Counted from the first letter of the stretch, positions 16,806-27,212 are shown. The stretch: DNA of 32,047 bases from Candidatus Woesearchaeota archaeon (GCA_016185815.1 JACPMT010000040.1:1-32047); one strand, 5' to 3'. Program-made: numbers and translations. Notes: generated by a model not told the origin, from the letters alone.

Positions 16806-17876
16806 TTAAATATACGCTTCAACAAGCATGTCCTTGCCTATTCTTCGGCATACTGGATTTTTCAAGTTAATCGCTTTGTCTATTTTGTTGACGCCAAGGT
16901 TTCCAATCGCGCCAAGCCCGTTGCCGATCAGCTTGGGCGCCGTGAATATAAATATCTTGTCAACAACATGTGCTTTTATTGCAGAGCTGTTAAGCTCAGA
17001 GCCGCCTTCAATCATAATGCTTGTTATCTCATGCTTTCCGAGCTGCTTCACAAGATCTCCTATGTCAACCATCCCGTTTTTTGATTTTGTCATTATCACA
17101 TTAATTCCCTTTTGCTGCAGCTTTTTCACTTCATTCTTTTTGGCCTTGCTTGTCGTTGCAATTATGAGCTTTGCAGGGTTTTTCATCAGGCTGCAGCTTT
17201 TCGGGATTTTTAGCTTGCTGTCAACAACAATTTTCATCGGGTCTTTGCCTTTCACCAGTCTTGGAGTCAGCTCCGGATTGTCCCTTAGTACAGTGTTCAA
17301 GCCGACCATCACAGCATCGACTTCGCTTCTCAACTGGTGCACATAAGTCCTTGCTTCTTTGCTTGTTATGTATTTTGAATCGCCTGTTTTGGTTGCTATC
17401 CTTCCGTCCATGCTCATAGCCACTTTTATGACTACAAAAGGCCTTTTTGTTCTCATGTACTTGATGTATGCCTCATTCAGCTTTTTAGCCTCATGCTCCA
17501 GAATCCCGATTTTTGTCTTCAATCCCCTAAACTTCAGCTCTTTAAAGCCGTCAACCAATGGATTCGGGTCGTGCACCCCAATTATAACCTCCCTTACTCC
17601 CGCTTCGACGATTTTTTCCGTGCATGGAGGGGTTCTTCCCCAATGGGAGCATGGCTCGAGATTAACGTACAATGTGGAATTTATTGCTTTTTTGCCTGCA
17701 TCATTCAATGCGAGAACTTCAGCATGCTCTGTGCCTGCCTTTCTGTGAAAGCCTTTTCCAACAATCCTGCCGCGCTTGACAACAATGCAGCCAACCATCG
17801 GATTTGGCGATGTCAAGCCCTTGCCCTTTTCAGCAAGCTTTATGGCCAACTCCATGTATTTCTTGTGAGATATCAA
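16806..17876 (-). CDS. ribD: Bifunctional riboflavin deaminase/reductase
   Basis: SPNPMVGC, HAE, LEPCSHWGRTPPC, SMDGRIA, DNPELT and IEGG. Confidence 0.96.
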   Translation of the reverse strand: MISHKKYMELAIKLAEKGKGLTSPNPMVGCIVVKRGRIVGKGFHRKAGTEHAEVLALNDAGKKAINSTLYVNLEPCSHWGRTPPCTEKIVEAGVREVIIGVHDPNPLVDGFKELKFRGLKTKIGILEHEAKKLNEAYIKYMRTKRPFVVIKVAMSMDGRIATKTGDSKYITSKEARTYVHQLRSEVDAVMVGLNTVLRDNPELTPRLVKGKDPMKIVVDSKLKIPKSCSLMKNPAKLIIATTSKAKKNEVKKLQQKGINVIMTKSKNGMVDIGDLVKQLGKHEITSIMIEGGSELNSSAIKAHVVDKIFIFTAPKLIGNGLGAIGNLGVNKIDKAINLKNPVCRRIGKDMLVEAYI

Positions 17877-18000
17877 CTTTGACCCCCGATTTAAAAAAGA
17901 AATTTTGAATTAATATATAAATTTAAGGTTTTGAAATTGATTATTGAGGAGTGGTGAAAATGAAAAGATTTAAATAGTGATAATTATTACCAAATCCAAA

Positions 18001-18963
18001 ATGGCAAGTAGATTAGGTTATACAATTGGAACTTTGGCTTTGGTGCCATTATTGTATGCTGGGTGCAAAGGAGATTCTCCAAAATCTGCCGAAACGCCTA
18101 AACCTGCGGTTTCTCAAACATTGGAACAAACAGCAAAAAAAGCTCCAGAGGGGAGAATTTCTGATGATGATTTGCTTAATCTATACACCCAATTTGTGCC
18201 TAAGGCTAGAGTATATCAAAAGGAACTAGAAGGTGCCGTAATAGGATTCTCTGAAAGAAGCAAGATAAGGCCTGATGATGTCACTCAAGATGATTATGAT
18301 TTAATAAGAATTCAGTTAGAAAAAAAGCGAACAGCAGACGACTTATTGAGAGCGGTTGACGGGTTGAAACTTGAAGACAAAACTAGACTTTCTGATTTAT
18401 TAAGTAAATCATTGGATATAAACAAAGTAAGAAGAGAAAAAGGCGATTTTTATGCCAAAGGACAAAGGAGATATGAAGTATTTATGGACCCTGAATTAAC
18501 AATAGTGGCGAAAGAATCGTACACCGATACTGTTTTTGTATCTAATCCAAGAATTTACACAATAGAAGAAAAAATAGAAGCTATTGAGCTGGGAAATGGG
18601 TACTGGGCAAAATTTAGTGATTTTGGACCAAAGCCTGGGCACTATGTAAGAGAGATATTAGGCAAAGAACTAGAAGCGCTAAAAGATGTGCATGTTAAAT
18701 TGGGTAATTTTCTGAAGAAGGCCAAACCTACCAATACAGCCGAGGATTTAGAAAAATTACTTGAAAAAGAGCCTAAAGATGTAAATTCTGCAGTTCTAAC
18801 TGCCTTAGGTTATATGGGAGAGGGTAGTTCAGATTTTACCTACACAAGATTAAAGCCTAGAGTAGGAGAAGCTAGGGTTTTTACTTTTGAAGATTTAAGG
18901 CAAGCTGAAAATGATGTGAAGCAAAGCATTGCTGGTCTAAGTAAAGTATTAACACTAAAGTAA
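18001..18963 (+). CDS. Hypothetical lipoprotein-like protein
   Basis: Signal-like N-terminus with lipobox-like LYAGC followed by a Pro/Ser/Lys-rich linker; AT-rich codon usage. Confidence 0.7.
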   Translation: MASRLGYTIGTLALVPLLYAGCKGDSPKSAETPKPAVSQTLEQTAKKAPEGRISDDDLLNLYTQFVPKARVYQKELEGAVIGFSERSKIRPDDVTQDDYDLIRIQLEKKRTADDLLRAVDGLKLEDKTRLSDLLSKSLDINKVRREKGDFYAKGQRRYEVFMDPELTIVAKESYTDTVFVSNPRIYTIEEKIEAIELGNGYWAKFSDFGPKPGHYVREILGKELEALKDVHVKLGNFLKKAKPTNTAEDLEKLLEKEPKDVNSAVLTALGYMGEGSSDFTYTRLKPRVGEARVFTFEDLRQAENDVKQSIAGLSKVLTLK

Positions 18964-19075
18964 ACTTTATATTCTTAATACCTCAAGTTCTTGATTTCCA
19001 ACTATTCAATTTTTTTCTAGAATTACATACAAAAAACCAAAAGATTTAAATAGTAGTACCATATTAATACATACT

Positions 19076-19366
19076 ATGAAGGCTACGATAGTGCTGGACA
19101 AAGAAGCTGAAAATGAGCTGAACGAGCTTAAAACTTTTGCGAGCGCTTCTAAGAGCGAATTGATTAGGGAAGCCATTAAAGAGCTATACCTCAAAGAAAA
19201 GAGAGCAAGAGAAAATTTATTATTTTTTGTTAACCTTTACAATGAGGGCGTCATAACAAAAGATTTTCTTTTTCTTCTGCTGCCAAGAAAAGATGCAGAA
19301 GCAATCATAATCGGCTCAAAAACAGGCAAAGAGGCGGCAGAAGTTGCCAAAAATTTTAGTAGTTGA
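19076..19366 (+). CDS. Ribbon-helix-helix (CopG-like) antitoxin
   Basis: MKATIVLD...SKSELIREAIKE; overlaps the downstream PIN gene. Confidence 0.78.
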   Translation: MKATIVLDKEAENELNELKTFASASKSELIREAIKELYLKEKRARENLLFFVNLYNEGVITKDFLFLLLPRKDAEAIIIGSKTGKEAAEVAKNFSS

Positions 19367-19838
19367 TTCTTCTACTTTAATTGCTTTGGAAAGAGCTGGT
19401 TTAATTAAATTCATCGACAAAATTGGATATAATGTAATCATACCCAAAGCTGTCAAAGAAGAAATCAAGAATGAAAAAATTCTAAAGTTTTTAAAAATGC
19501 ATGAGCTAACGGGAAGAACTTTAAGGCTTAGCAAAAGTCTAGAACACTTGAATATTGGCAGTGGAGAGGCACAATGCTGCGCTTTGGCAAATAAACTGAA
19601 ATTAGATTTTATAATATGTGATGATAGAAAATTTATAAGGCAAAGATTTTTATCAGATAATAAACACTTGAAAAATATTAAGGTTCTGGGATTCTCATTT
19701 TTTCTTCATATTTTCTACAAAAAAAAATTAATAAAAAATACATGGGAATATTTTGATAAGATTATCAAATCGAATAATTGGGAAAGAAGCGAGGTATTGG
19801 TTGCTAATTATACTTTTCTCAAAAAGATTGGATACTAA
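19344..19838 (+). CDS. PIN-domain (VapC/DUF3368-like) toxin
   Basis: VVDSSTLIAL, IPKAVKEE, GSGEAQC and IICDDR. Confidence 0.85.
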   Translation: MPKILVVDSSTLIALERAGLIKFIDKIGYNVIIPKAVKEEIKNEKILKFLKMHELTGRTLRLSKSLEHLNIGSGEAQCCALANKLKLDFIICDDRKFIRQRFLSDNKHLKNIKVLGFSFFLHIFYKKKLIKNTWEYFDKIIKSNNWERSEVLVANYTFLKKIGY

Positions 19839-22800
19839 TACTCCTCCCAACCCTTAATCTCCAAATCCTCCATCTTTTTCTTATAAATTGACTCAATAAA
19901 CAGCTTGGCAATCTGCTCATTTGTTAGCAATGGAATATTGAAATCAACTGCTTTTCTTCTGATTAAATAATCATTTGTTAGCTCTTCCTCTTCCAAGCTT
20001 TTTGGTATGTTAATCACTAAATCAATATTCCTTTCCTGAATGTAAGTCAACACATTTGGCTCTCTCTTGTCAAGGGGCCACCATAAAATTTCAGCATTTA
20101 CCCCATTCTGCTCCAAGAATTTTGCAGTGCCTTCTGTTGCATACAAATTAAATCCAATTTCTTCCAATTTTCTAACGCTTTCAAGCAAATAAGCTTTGCT
20201 TTTTATCGGTCCTGTTGAGAGCAAAACATTAGAATTTGGCATTACAAACCCAACTGAAAGCAATGATTTAAGAAAAGCTTCATTTATGTCATTACCCAAG
20301 CAAGCAACTTCCCCAGTTGATGCCATCTCAACGCTTAAAACAGGGTCAGCGCCGTGCAGCCTTGAGAATGAAAATTGCGGAGCCTTGACTCCAACATAAT
20401 CCAAGTCAAGGGTGTTGTACTTTCCTCTTATGTCAAGCCCAAGCATAGCCTTTGTCGCCATTTCAATGAAATTATATTTTGTGACTTTTGAGACAAAAGG
20501 AAAACTCCTTGAAGCCCTTAAATTGCACTCTATAACTTTTATTTGGTTGTCTTTTGCAATAAACTGAATGTTAAACGGACCTGTTATTTTCAACGCCTTT
20601 GCAATGTTTTTTGTTGTTTCCTTTATCTTCCTAATTGTTTCAAGATAAGTGTATTGGGGCGGCAATGCCATTGTCGCGTCGCCAGAATGCACTCCTGCAT
20701 TTTCTATGTGCTCCGATATTGCATAAATTACAACATCCCCATTTTGGGCAACTGCATCAATCTCAATTTCCTTTGCATTTGTTATGAACTTGCTTATGAC
20801 AACCGGGTGCTCTTTTGAGACATCCGCCGCTTTCTTGAGATATTGCTCAAGTTCTTTATTGCTGGAAGCGATGCTCATCGCAGCCCCGCTCAAAACATAA
20901 GAAGGACGTATCAAGATAGGGTATTCAACCTTTTCTGCAAACTTATGCGCCTCTTCAATAGATTTTGCTTCAGTCCATTCCGGCTGGTCCACATTTAAAG
21001 AGTCAAGCAGCGCAGAAAATTTATGGCGGTTCTCTGCATTGTCTATGCTTAAAGGGTTTGTCCCTAATATTTTTATATTCTGCCTGTGTAACTTCATTGC
21101 AAGGTTATTCGGAATCTGGCCGCCCATTGAAATTATAGTGCCAAGAGGATTCTCTTTTTCATAGATGTCAAGAACTCTCTCAAAGCTTAATTCATCGAAG
21201 TAAAGCCTGTCGCAGACATCATAGTCTGTGCTTACAGTTTCAGGATTATAATTAATCATAATTGTAGAATAACCAAGCTTATTTAAAGTAAAAACAGCAT
21301 TGACACAGCACCAGTCAAATTCAACAGAAGAGCCTATTCGGTAAGCGCCTGAGCCAAGAACAATTGCATTATTTTTGTTATCAAATTTTACATCATCCTC
21401 TTCCCCATTATAAGTTAAGTAAAGTTAATTAATTCAATTGGAATATTGTCAATATTAAATTTTAATAGCTCTTTCTCTGTCTCGACAACATTTTTTATTT
21501 TATATAGGAACCATTTATCGATTTTTGTCAGCTCATATATTTTATCAATGGGAATTTCCTTTTTGATTGCTTCAACAATAACAAGCAGTCTTTTGTCAGT
21601 TGGCTTTGTCAATTCTTTTTCAATAGTGTCAAATTTTAAATTATTTCCAACTAAGCCATGAAGGTTTATGTTGAGCATCCTTATTGCCTTTTGAACCACT
21701 TCCTCAAACTTTCTTCCTATAGCCATAACCTCGCCGACACTCTTCATCTCGCTGCCGATTTCAAAGCTCACTCTCTTGAATTTCTGCAAGTCCCATCTTG
21801 GCATTTTAACAACAATATAATCCAATGCAGGCTCAAAGCAGCTTTTTGTTGCCTTTGTTATCATGTTTTCAAGCTCTATTAAGGAATAGCCCAAAGCAAG
21901 CTTTGCTGCAATAAATGCTAAAGGATAACCAGTTGCCTTTGATGCAAGCGCAGAGCTTCTTGAAAGCCTTGCATTTACTTCAATAAGCCTGTAATCCTCG
22001 GAATTTGGGTCGAGGGCAAACTGTATATTGCATTCCCCGACAATTCCAAGGTGCCTTATGACTTTAATTGAAATGTCCCTTAACTTGTGGTATTCATTGT
22101 TTGTCAAAGTTTGAGATGGAGCAACGACAATGCTTTCTCCAGTATGAATTCCCATAGGGTCAAAGTTTTCCATGTTGCAGACTGTGATGCAGTTGTCATA
22201 AGCATCTCTTACAACTTCGTATTCAACTTCTTTCCAGCCGCCGAGGTATTTCTCAACAAGAACTTGGGAGGAATAGGCTAATGCCCTTTTTGCATTGTTT
22301 CTTAATTCTTCTTCATTTAAGGCAACGCCAGAGCCTTGTCCGCCTAAGGCATAAGCTACTCTAAGCATAACAGGATATTTTAATTTTTTAGCAACTTCTA
22401 CTGCTTGCTCCACCGTGTTAACAGCTTCGCTTTCAGGCACTTTGAGGCTTATTTTAGTTAATTTGTTTACAAACAATTCCCTGTCCTCTGTGTTCTTGAT
22501 TGCGTCAATCTGGGTGCCTAAAACTTTTATATTGTATTTTTCAAAAACATTATTATTGGATAATGCAACTCCGCAGTTTAAAGCCGTTTGCCCGCCAAAA
22601 GAAAGCATGATTCCGTCTGGATTTTCCTTTTCAATAACTTTTTCTACAAAGTAAGGGGTTACAGGAAGAAAATAAATCTTATCAGCCATGCCCTAACTTG
22701 TCTGGATTGTTGCAATGTTTGGATTTACGAGTACTGTTTCTATGCCTTCTTCGCGGAGGGCTTTGAGGCATTGGGAGCCGGAGTAGTCGAATTAGCGCCT

Positions 22801-22874
22801 TATAAGGTCTCGCCTGCTTCTCCGATTTTCAATGAACCCGAGCCCAGAACTAACACTTTTTTAGGCTTGTTCAA
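19835..22874 (-). pseudogene. carB: Carbamoyl-phosphate synthase large subunit, interrupted by a 17-nt intron, an in-frame TAG and a deletion/frameshift
   Basis: TTG start at 22874 after SD GGAGGTGA, reading KKVLVLGSGSLKIGEAGE/FDYSGSQ. TAG at 22693-22695. Frame break near 21415-21425, resuming LYLTYNGEEDD..GSGAYRIGSSVEFDWC. C-terminal MGS domain present. Confidence 0.88.
22792..22808 (-). other. 17-nt bulge-helix-bulge mRNA intron in carB
   Basis: GGCG-AG|A-CCT-TATA-AGG-CGCT-AA|T. Splicing joins GGC GAG to TTC GAC TAC (G-E-F-D-Y). Confidence 0.8.
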
Positions 22875-24078
22875 TAGTGATTTCACCTCCGTTTAATTTC
22901 CATAAATATGATCTGTTAGAAGCGACTTTTCCTACTATGGCTACTAAACCCTTATTACTAAGGTGTTTAAGTTTCTTAAGAGCTTTAGTTTTAGATTTTC
23001 CTAAATCAGCAGCTATGTCAGCAGTGGAAGCACATCCTTTTTTTGATAAAAATTCTAAAATTTTGTTATTTAAAATTCTTTCATTTCCTTTGCTATAAAA
23101 TATTTTGCTATTAACTATCTTCTTTAATTTCTCAAATTTTTCCCCACTAGTTAACCCAATTTTATTATAAAAATTAATTAAACTCTGATAATCAGTGATA
23201 TTTATGTACATTACAATATGCAAACCATCTTCTTTTTTGTATTGTCTAGAAATTTTAGGTTTTCCAGAATATATATCCAATTCCTTAAGAATAAAACTTA
23301 TTTGTTCTAATAAGTTGTAAAGAGTTTCTTTTTGGTTTATATGCCTTATTACGTTCATATTTAAACCTTTTGCTCTATAATTATTGCTTAACATGACAGA
23401 ACCATCATCATCAAAAAAAGCTTTTAAGAAAGCAATTCTATATTTTTTAGATTTTAGTATCCATTCTGGAACTAAATTTTCACTATAAATCTTTGGCGCG
23501 ATAGGTGCTCCAAATACTTCCAAAATTTCTCCTGTAATTGCTGGATAGCCTATCCTATTTTGCTTTTCTGTATATGGTAAAATGCCAAATAATTCAGAAA
23601 TTTGAGTTTTAACTTCCTTTATCAAATTAGGATTATTATTGCTGTATTCAAACTGCCTTTTATTTCTACCTATATAACCATCACCAAAAACATGACCAAT
23701 TAACGAAGCGATTTTTTCGTCATGTCTAATGGGAAACTTAATATTCATACTTGTACCCGCACGAGTTCTAATTGACGTGATATTATTTTGTATTTCTTCA
23801 AGAGAAATCTTTGACAAGTTTGATAATTTTAATATAATATCTAATGGAATTGAATACATATTCTTCCTTAAATGAATCACAAAAGGGTATGAAATATCGA
23901 ATAATTTTGCTAATTCTTTTAATTCGATATTACAATTATCAAAAAGCTTTATAGTGAAGTCTTTATTAAGATTTAATCTAACATTGTCGGATAAATTCCA
24001 AAAATTTATTTGAAATTCTTTAATATTCTGTATCATTTTATAGCTAAAATCTTTATTTGATTTTTGTTTATTATTCAT
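22861..24078 (-). CDS. Free-standing LAGLIDADG homing-endonuclease-like protein with HTH domains
   Basis: Two motifs, SLIGHVFGDGY and AFLKAFFDDDGS, an N-terminal HTH-like segment and a C-terminal wHTH (STADIAADLGKSKTKALKKLKHL). Very AT-rich. Start uncertain (24078, about 24036, or 24216). Confidence 0.88.
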   Translation of the reverse strand: MNNKQKSNKDFSYKMIQNIKEFQINFWNLSDNVRLNLNKDFTIKLFDNCNIELKELAKLFDISYPFVIHLRKNMYSIPLDIILKLSNLSKISLEEIQNNITSIRTRAGTSMNIKFPIRHDEKIASLIGHVFGDGYIGRNKRQFEYSNNNPNLIKEVKTQISELFGILPYTEKQNRIGYPAITGEILEVFGAPIAPKIYSENLVPEWILKSKKYRIAFLKAFFDDDGSVMLSNNYRAKGLNMNVIRHINQKETLYNLLEQISFILKELDIYSGKPKISRQYKKEDGLHIVMYINITDYQSLINFYNKIGLTSGEKFEKLKKIVNSKIFYSKGNERILNNKILEFLSKKGCASTADIAADLGKSKTKALKKLKHLSNKGLVAIVGKVASNRSYLWKLNGGEITIEQA

Positions 24079-24203
24079 AATATAATAACTTGATTTTGGA
24101 ATAATAAACCTTGAAAAATAAAAATAAGGTTTAAATGTATCCAGATGTAAAGTATTCTCCTTTAAATAGTATGCGTCAGCGGATGTCCGGTGTCCAGTGG
24201 TAT

Positions 24204-24521
24204 TTACCTGAGCCATTTTTTCTTAATTTTTCCTATTATTAATCCTATTAAAATTCCTAATAGAGTATAAAATATTGGGGACAAATAAACAGCAATGACC
24301 ACTATACCTTCTGGTGCTAAAGGATCGTTAGGTAAAGCATTTAAAATCCATAATATAGTTGCAAAAGATAAATAAGGCAACGCTATAAGAATAATTAGAA
24401 AAGGCGAATCGTAAAAAGGAGAGAAAGAAAAATAAAAAACTATTAAACCGAATATTAGTCCAATTACTCCACCTTTCTGCCAATATTTCAATTTACCCCA
24501 AAATTGTTTTGTTTTCCTCAT
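24204..24521 (-). CDS. Hypothetical membrane protein (105 aa)
   Basis: Three hydrophobic segments; ATGA overlap with the carA stop; AT-rich. Confidence 0.7.
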   Translation of the reverse strand: MRKTKQFWGKLKYWQKGGVIGLIFGLIVFYFSFSPFYDSPFLIILIALPYLSFATILWILNALPNDPLAPEGIVVIAVYLSPIFYTLLGILIGLIIGKIKKKWLR

Positions 24522-25594
24522 TTCAACATCCTCACAAACTCATCAAACAAAAAATTAGTATCATTCGGACCAGGCCAGGACTCCGGATGGAATTGCGCCG
24601 ACATAAACGGTTTTGTCTTGTGTTTTATTCCTTCATTTGTTCCATCATTCGCATTGACAAAAAATTCCTCCCAGTTTTCATCCAATGATTTCATATCAAC
24701 TGCATAGCCATGGTTTTGTGTTGTAATAAAGCATCTTTTTGTTCCATTTAAAATACAAGGCTGGTTTTGCGAGCGATGCCCGTACTTCAGCTTGTAAGTG
24801 TCGCCGCCTGCTGCAAGGGCAAGGATTTGATTTCCGAGGCATATCCCGAAAATTGGAATGTTGTGCTTCATTGCCCTGCCTATGTTGTAAATTGTTTTAT
24901 CGCACATCTTTGGGTCGCCGGGACCATTGGAAATGAGCAATCCATCAAAGAAATCCGTGAAAAAATCATAATCATACGGAACTCTTATCACTGTAAGGTT
25001 TCTTTCAATTAAATTCCTTATGATGTTATTTTTGACCCCGCAATCGACAACAACAATTTTTTTTTGATTTGGTCTTTCGTTATAGACTATTGGTTCCCTG
25101 ATAGAAACATCTTTCACTATGTCAATACTGCTGGGGTTATAGAAAGGAACATCATCGTCATTGATTATTATTTTTCCGAGCATTGCGCCTTTTTCCCTTA
25201 AAGTCTTTGTCAGCTTTCTTGTGTCAATGCCATAAATTGCCGGAATGCTTTCTTCCTTTAACCATTCTGCAAGGCTTTTCTTTGCATTCCAATGGGAATA
25301 TTCAAAAGAGTAGTCAGAAATAACTAATGCTTGGACTTGGATTTTGTCGGATTCAAAGTTTTTTAATAAATTGTTTTCAACATCTTTCCCCGGGACACCA
25401 TAGTTTCCAATGAGAGGATATGTCAAAACAAGAATTTGGCCTTTATAGCTTGGGTCTGTAAGCGACTCCGGATAGCCAACCATGCCTGTGTTGAATACAA
25501 CCTCTCCAGAAACAGAATGCTCTGCGCCAAAAGAAAAGCCTTTGAACTCATCGCCATTTTCAAGAATAAGCTTGGCTTCTTTAACGTCACCCAT
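24518..25594 (-). CDS. carA: Carbamoyl-phosphate synthase small subunit
   Basis: GEVVFNTGMVGYPESLTDPSY, SNGPGDP, FGICLGNQ and QFHPE. Confidence 0.97.
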   Translation of the reverse strand: MGDVKEAKLILENGDEFKGFSFGAEHSVSGEVVFNTGMVGYPESLTDPSYKGQILVLTYPLIGNYGVPGKDVENNLLKNFESDKIQVQALVISDYSFEYSHWNAKKSLAEWLKEESIPAIYGIDTRKLTKTLREKGAMLGKIIINDDDVPFYNPSSIDIVKDVSIREPIVYNERPNQKKIVVVDCGVKNNIIRNLIERNLTVIRVPYDYDFFTDFFDGLLISNGPGDPKMCDKTIYNIGRAMKHNIPIFGICLGNQILALAAGGDTYKLKYGHRSQNQPCILNGTKRCFITTQNHGYAVDMKSLDENWEEFFVNANDGTNEGIKHKTKPFMSAQFHPESWPGPNDTNFLFDEFVRMLK

Positions 25595-25633
25595 TAAAAA
25601 AAGTATATAGTTTGAACTGGTTAATAAAGGTTT

Positions 25634-25676
25634 CGAAACCGAAGGTTTTGGAACTTAGAAAATTCAGAAATTTTCT
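25634..25676. repeat. Double-hairpin palindromic element (intergenic copy)
   Basis: CGAAACC-GAA-GGTTTTG, spacer GAACTT, then AGAAAATT-CAGA-AATTTTCT. Confidence 0.6.
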
Positions 25677-25698
25677 TTAGTTGCGGTCTTAATTTTTT

Positions 25699-26334
25699 CT
25701 ACGCTGGAATAATCACCATTTCATCAAAAGTTCTGGGCATTTCAACCAAGTAAGTTGCTATTCTCTTTTTCCTTGCATCGCTTATGGCTTCTTTTTTATC
25801 CCCATCGAAAAAATGAACCCAATAATTCGAATGAAGCTCATTTTGAGGCACAAAAGCTGAAGAGTCGCAGACATGCAGGTATTTCTCATGTGCAGTCTTG
25901 TCACTTGTTTTTAGGGCTGCGTCTATCGCACCATGCAATCTTTTGTCACGCGTTCTAGCAGCTTGAACAAGTTTTGTCATGTAATGCCTTCCCCTATGCC
26001 CAGGGTGCACTGCAATCTTATCGTAAATCACGAAATCTTCAGGCTTAAACGCCAAAAGAGTGCCGACATATCTCCCAGCCATTAAATCCTCCATTATTAA
26101 TGCGTATTGGAAACTTTCCCACAAGGGCATGGAAAAATATCTACTGTCCAATTTCATGCCCCTCGCCCTAAAAGAGTCATTAATCAATGTTTCAAGCCTT
26201 TCTTCGATTTCTGGAGTAATATCACCCTTATCTGCTATAACATTTATCCTTGTGGTGTATGGCGGCCAAAGGAGAGCAGAATCCCCAACATGCTCAAAAT
26301 CCGGCGGATGTATCCCATTTACTGAATAAGCCAT
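25699..26334 (-). CDS. GNAT-fold acetyltransferase resembling the NAT (DUF619) domain of N-acetylglutamate synthases
   Basis: IYDKIAVHPGHRGRHY (motif A), YLHVCDSS and YWVHFF. Start taken as ATG 26334. Confidence 0.6.
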   Translation of the reverse strand: MAYSVNGIHPPDFEHVGDSALLWPPYTTRINVIADKGDITPEIEERLETLINDSFRARGMKLDSRYFSMPLWESFQYALIMEDLMAGRYVGTLLAFKPEDFVIYDKIAVHPGHRGRHYMTKLVQAARTRDKRLHGAIDAALKTSDKTAHEKYLHVCDSSAFVPQNELHSNYWVHFFDGDKKEAISDARKKRIATYLVEMPRTFDEMVIIPA

Positions 26335-26575
26335 TTTAGAAATATTAATTCGTCTCCATTTATTTGCCCCATTCCCACAATATCGCTTTATTTTTAAACC
26401 TGACGCCCCATTCAAAACAAAAATAAACAAAAATGTCCAAAACAAAACATTTAAGAAGTTGAGAGTAATCTTGTTTTAAAAAATAAAATTGTTGAATATG
26501 CCTTCTTGTCAAAGGCAAACAATCCAAGAACATTAACTAAATTAAACATTAAAAAATAAATCAGCAAAACGTGAA

Positions 26576-27211
26576 ATGTCAAACATAACAAAATTGACTG
26601 AGAACTACATTTTAGAGCACCCTTCAATAAAGGATTGCTTGAAAAATGATTTAATAAACTATTCATCTTTATCGAGGCAAATAGCCTCTGAATTAGATTT
26701 AAACTTAAATAAAAATTTTGATGCAATACTCATTGCCTGCAGAAGGTTCAAAAGAAAGCTGAAGAAAGAAGAAATTCACGAAAATAAAATTTTGGATATA
26801 TTGAAAGGCAGCAAAATAGAGATAAAAAATAAGATAATAGCTGTTGTTCTGGAAAAAGACATTTTTTTTGGCAATCTTCTGAATTTGGAGAGGGAAATCA
26901 AAAAAAGAAAAGAGATTTTCAGGGTGATTGAAGGCATATCTGCAATTACAATAATAACAGCGGAAAATTTTCTGGATTTAATCAAAAAATACTTCAAAAA
27001 CAAAATAATGCTTGAAAACAAAAATCTCGCTGAAATCACGATAAAAAGCCCGAAGGAAATAGAAGCAACGCCGGGCACGTACGCTTACCTATGCTCTTTG
27101 TTTGGAGAAAATAACATAAACATTGTTGAGACGCTGAGCTGCTATACTGATACAATCTTTCTTGTTAAAGAAGATGATGTTGGGAAAGTAATGGGATTGA
27201 TGAGGTTTTGA
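26576..27211 (+). CDS. ACT-domain-containing protein (archaeal type)
   Basis: LINYSSLSRQI near the N-terminus and a C-terminal ACT domain (TPGTYAYLCSLFGENNINIVETLSCYTDTIF). Confidence 0.85.
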   Translation: MSNITKLTENYILEHPSIKDCLKNDLINYSSLSRQIASELDLNLNKNFDAILIACRRFKRKLKKEEIHENKILDILKGSKIEIKNKIIAVVLEKDIFFGNLLNLEREIKKRKEIFRVIEGISAITIITAENFLDLIKKYFKNKIMLENKNLAEITIKSPKEIEATPGTYAYLCSLFGENNINIVETLSCYTDTIFLVKEDDVGKVMGLMRF

Positions 27212-27212
27212 T

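Noticed and set aside
22693..22695. Pyrrolysine or genome-wide amber recoding
   Set aside because: TAG ends other genes here (srp54, carB, the GNAT gene), no pyl genes are seen, and carB has an independent deletion.
22861..24216. LAGLIDADG ORF as an intein or as part of a large intron
   Set aside because: No Cys/Ser...His-Asn termini, it is not in frame within a host gene, and no flanking exon halves or intron core were recognised.
24168..24216. GC-rich patch upstream of the LAGLIDADG gene as a riboswitch
   Set aside because: Only weak short stems and no match to aptamer consensus sequences I can recall.
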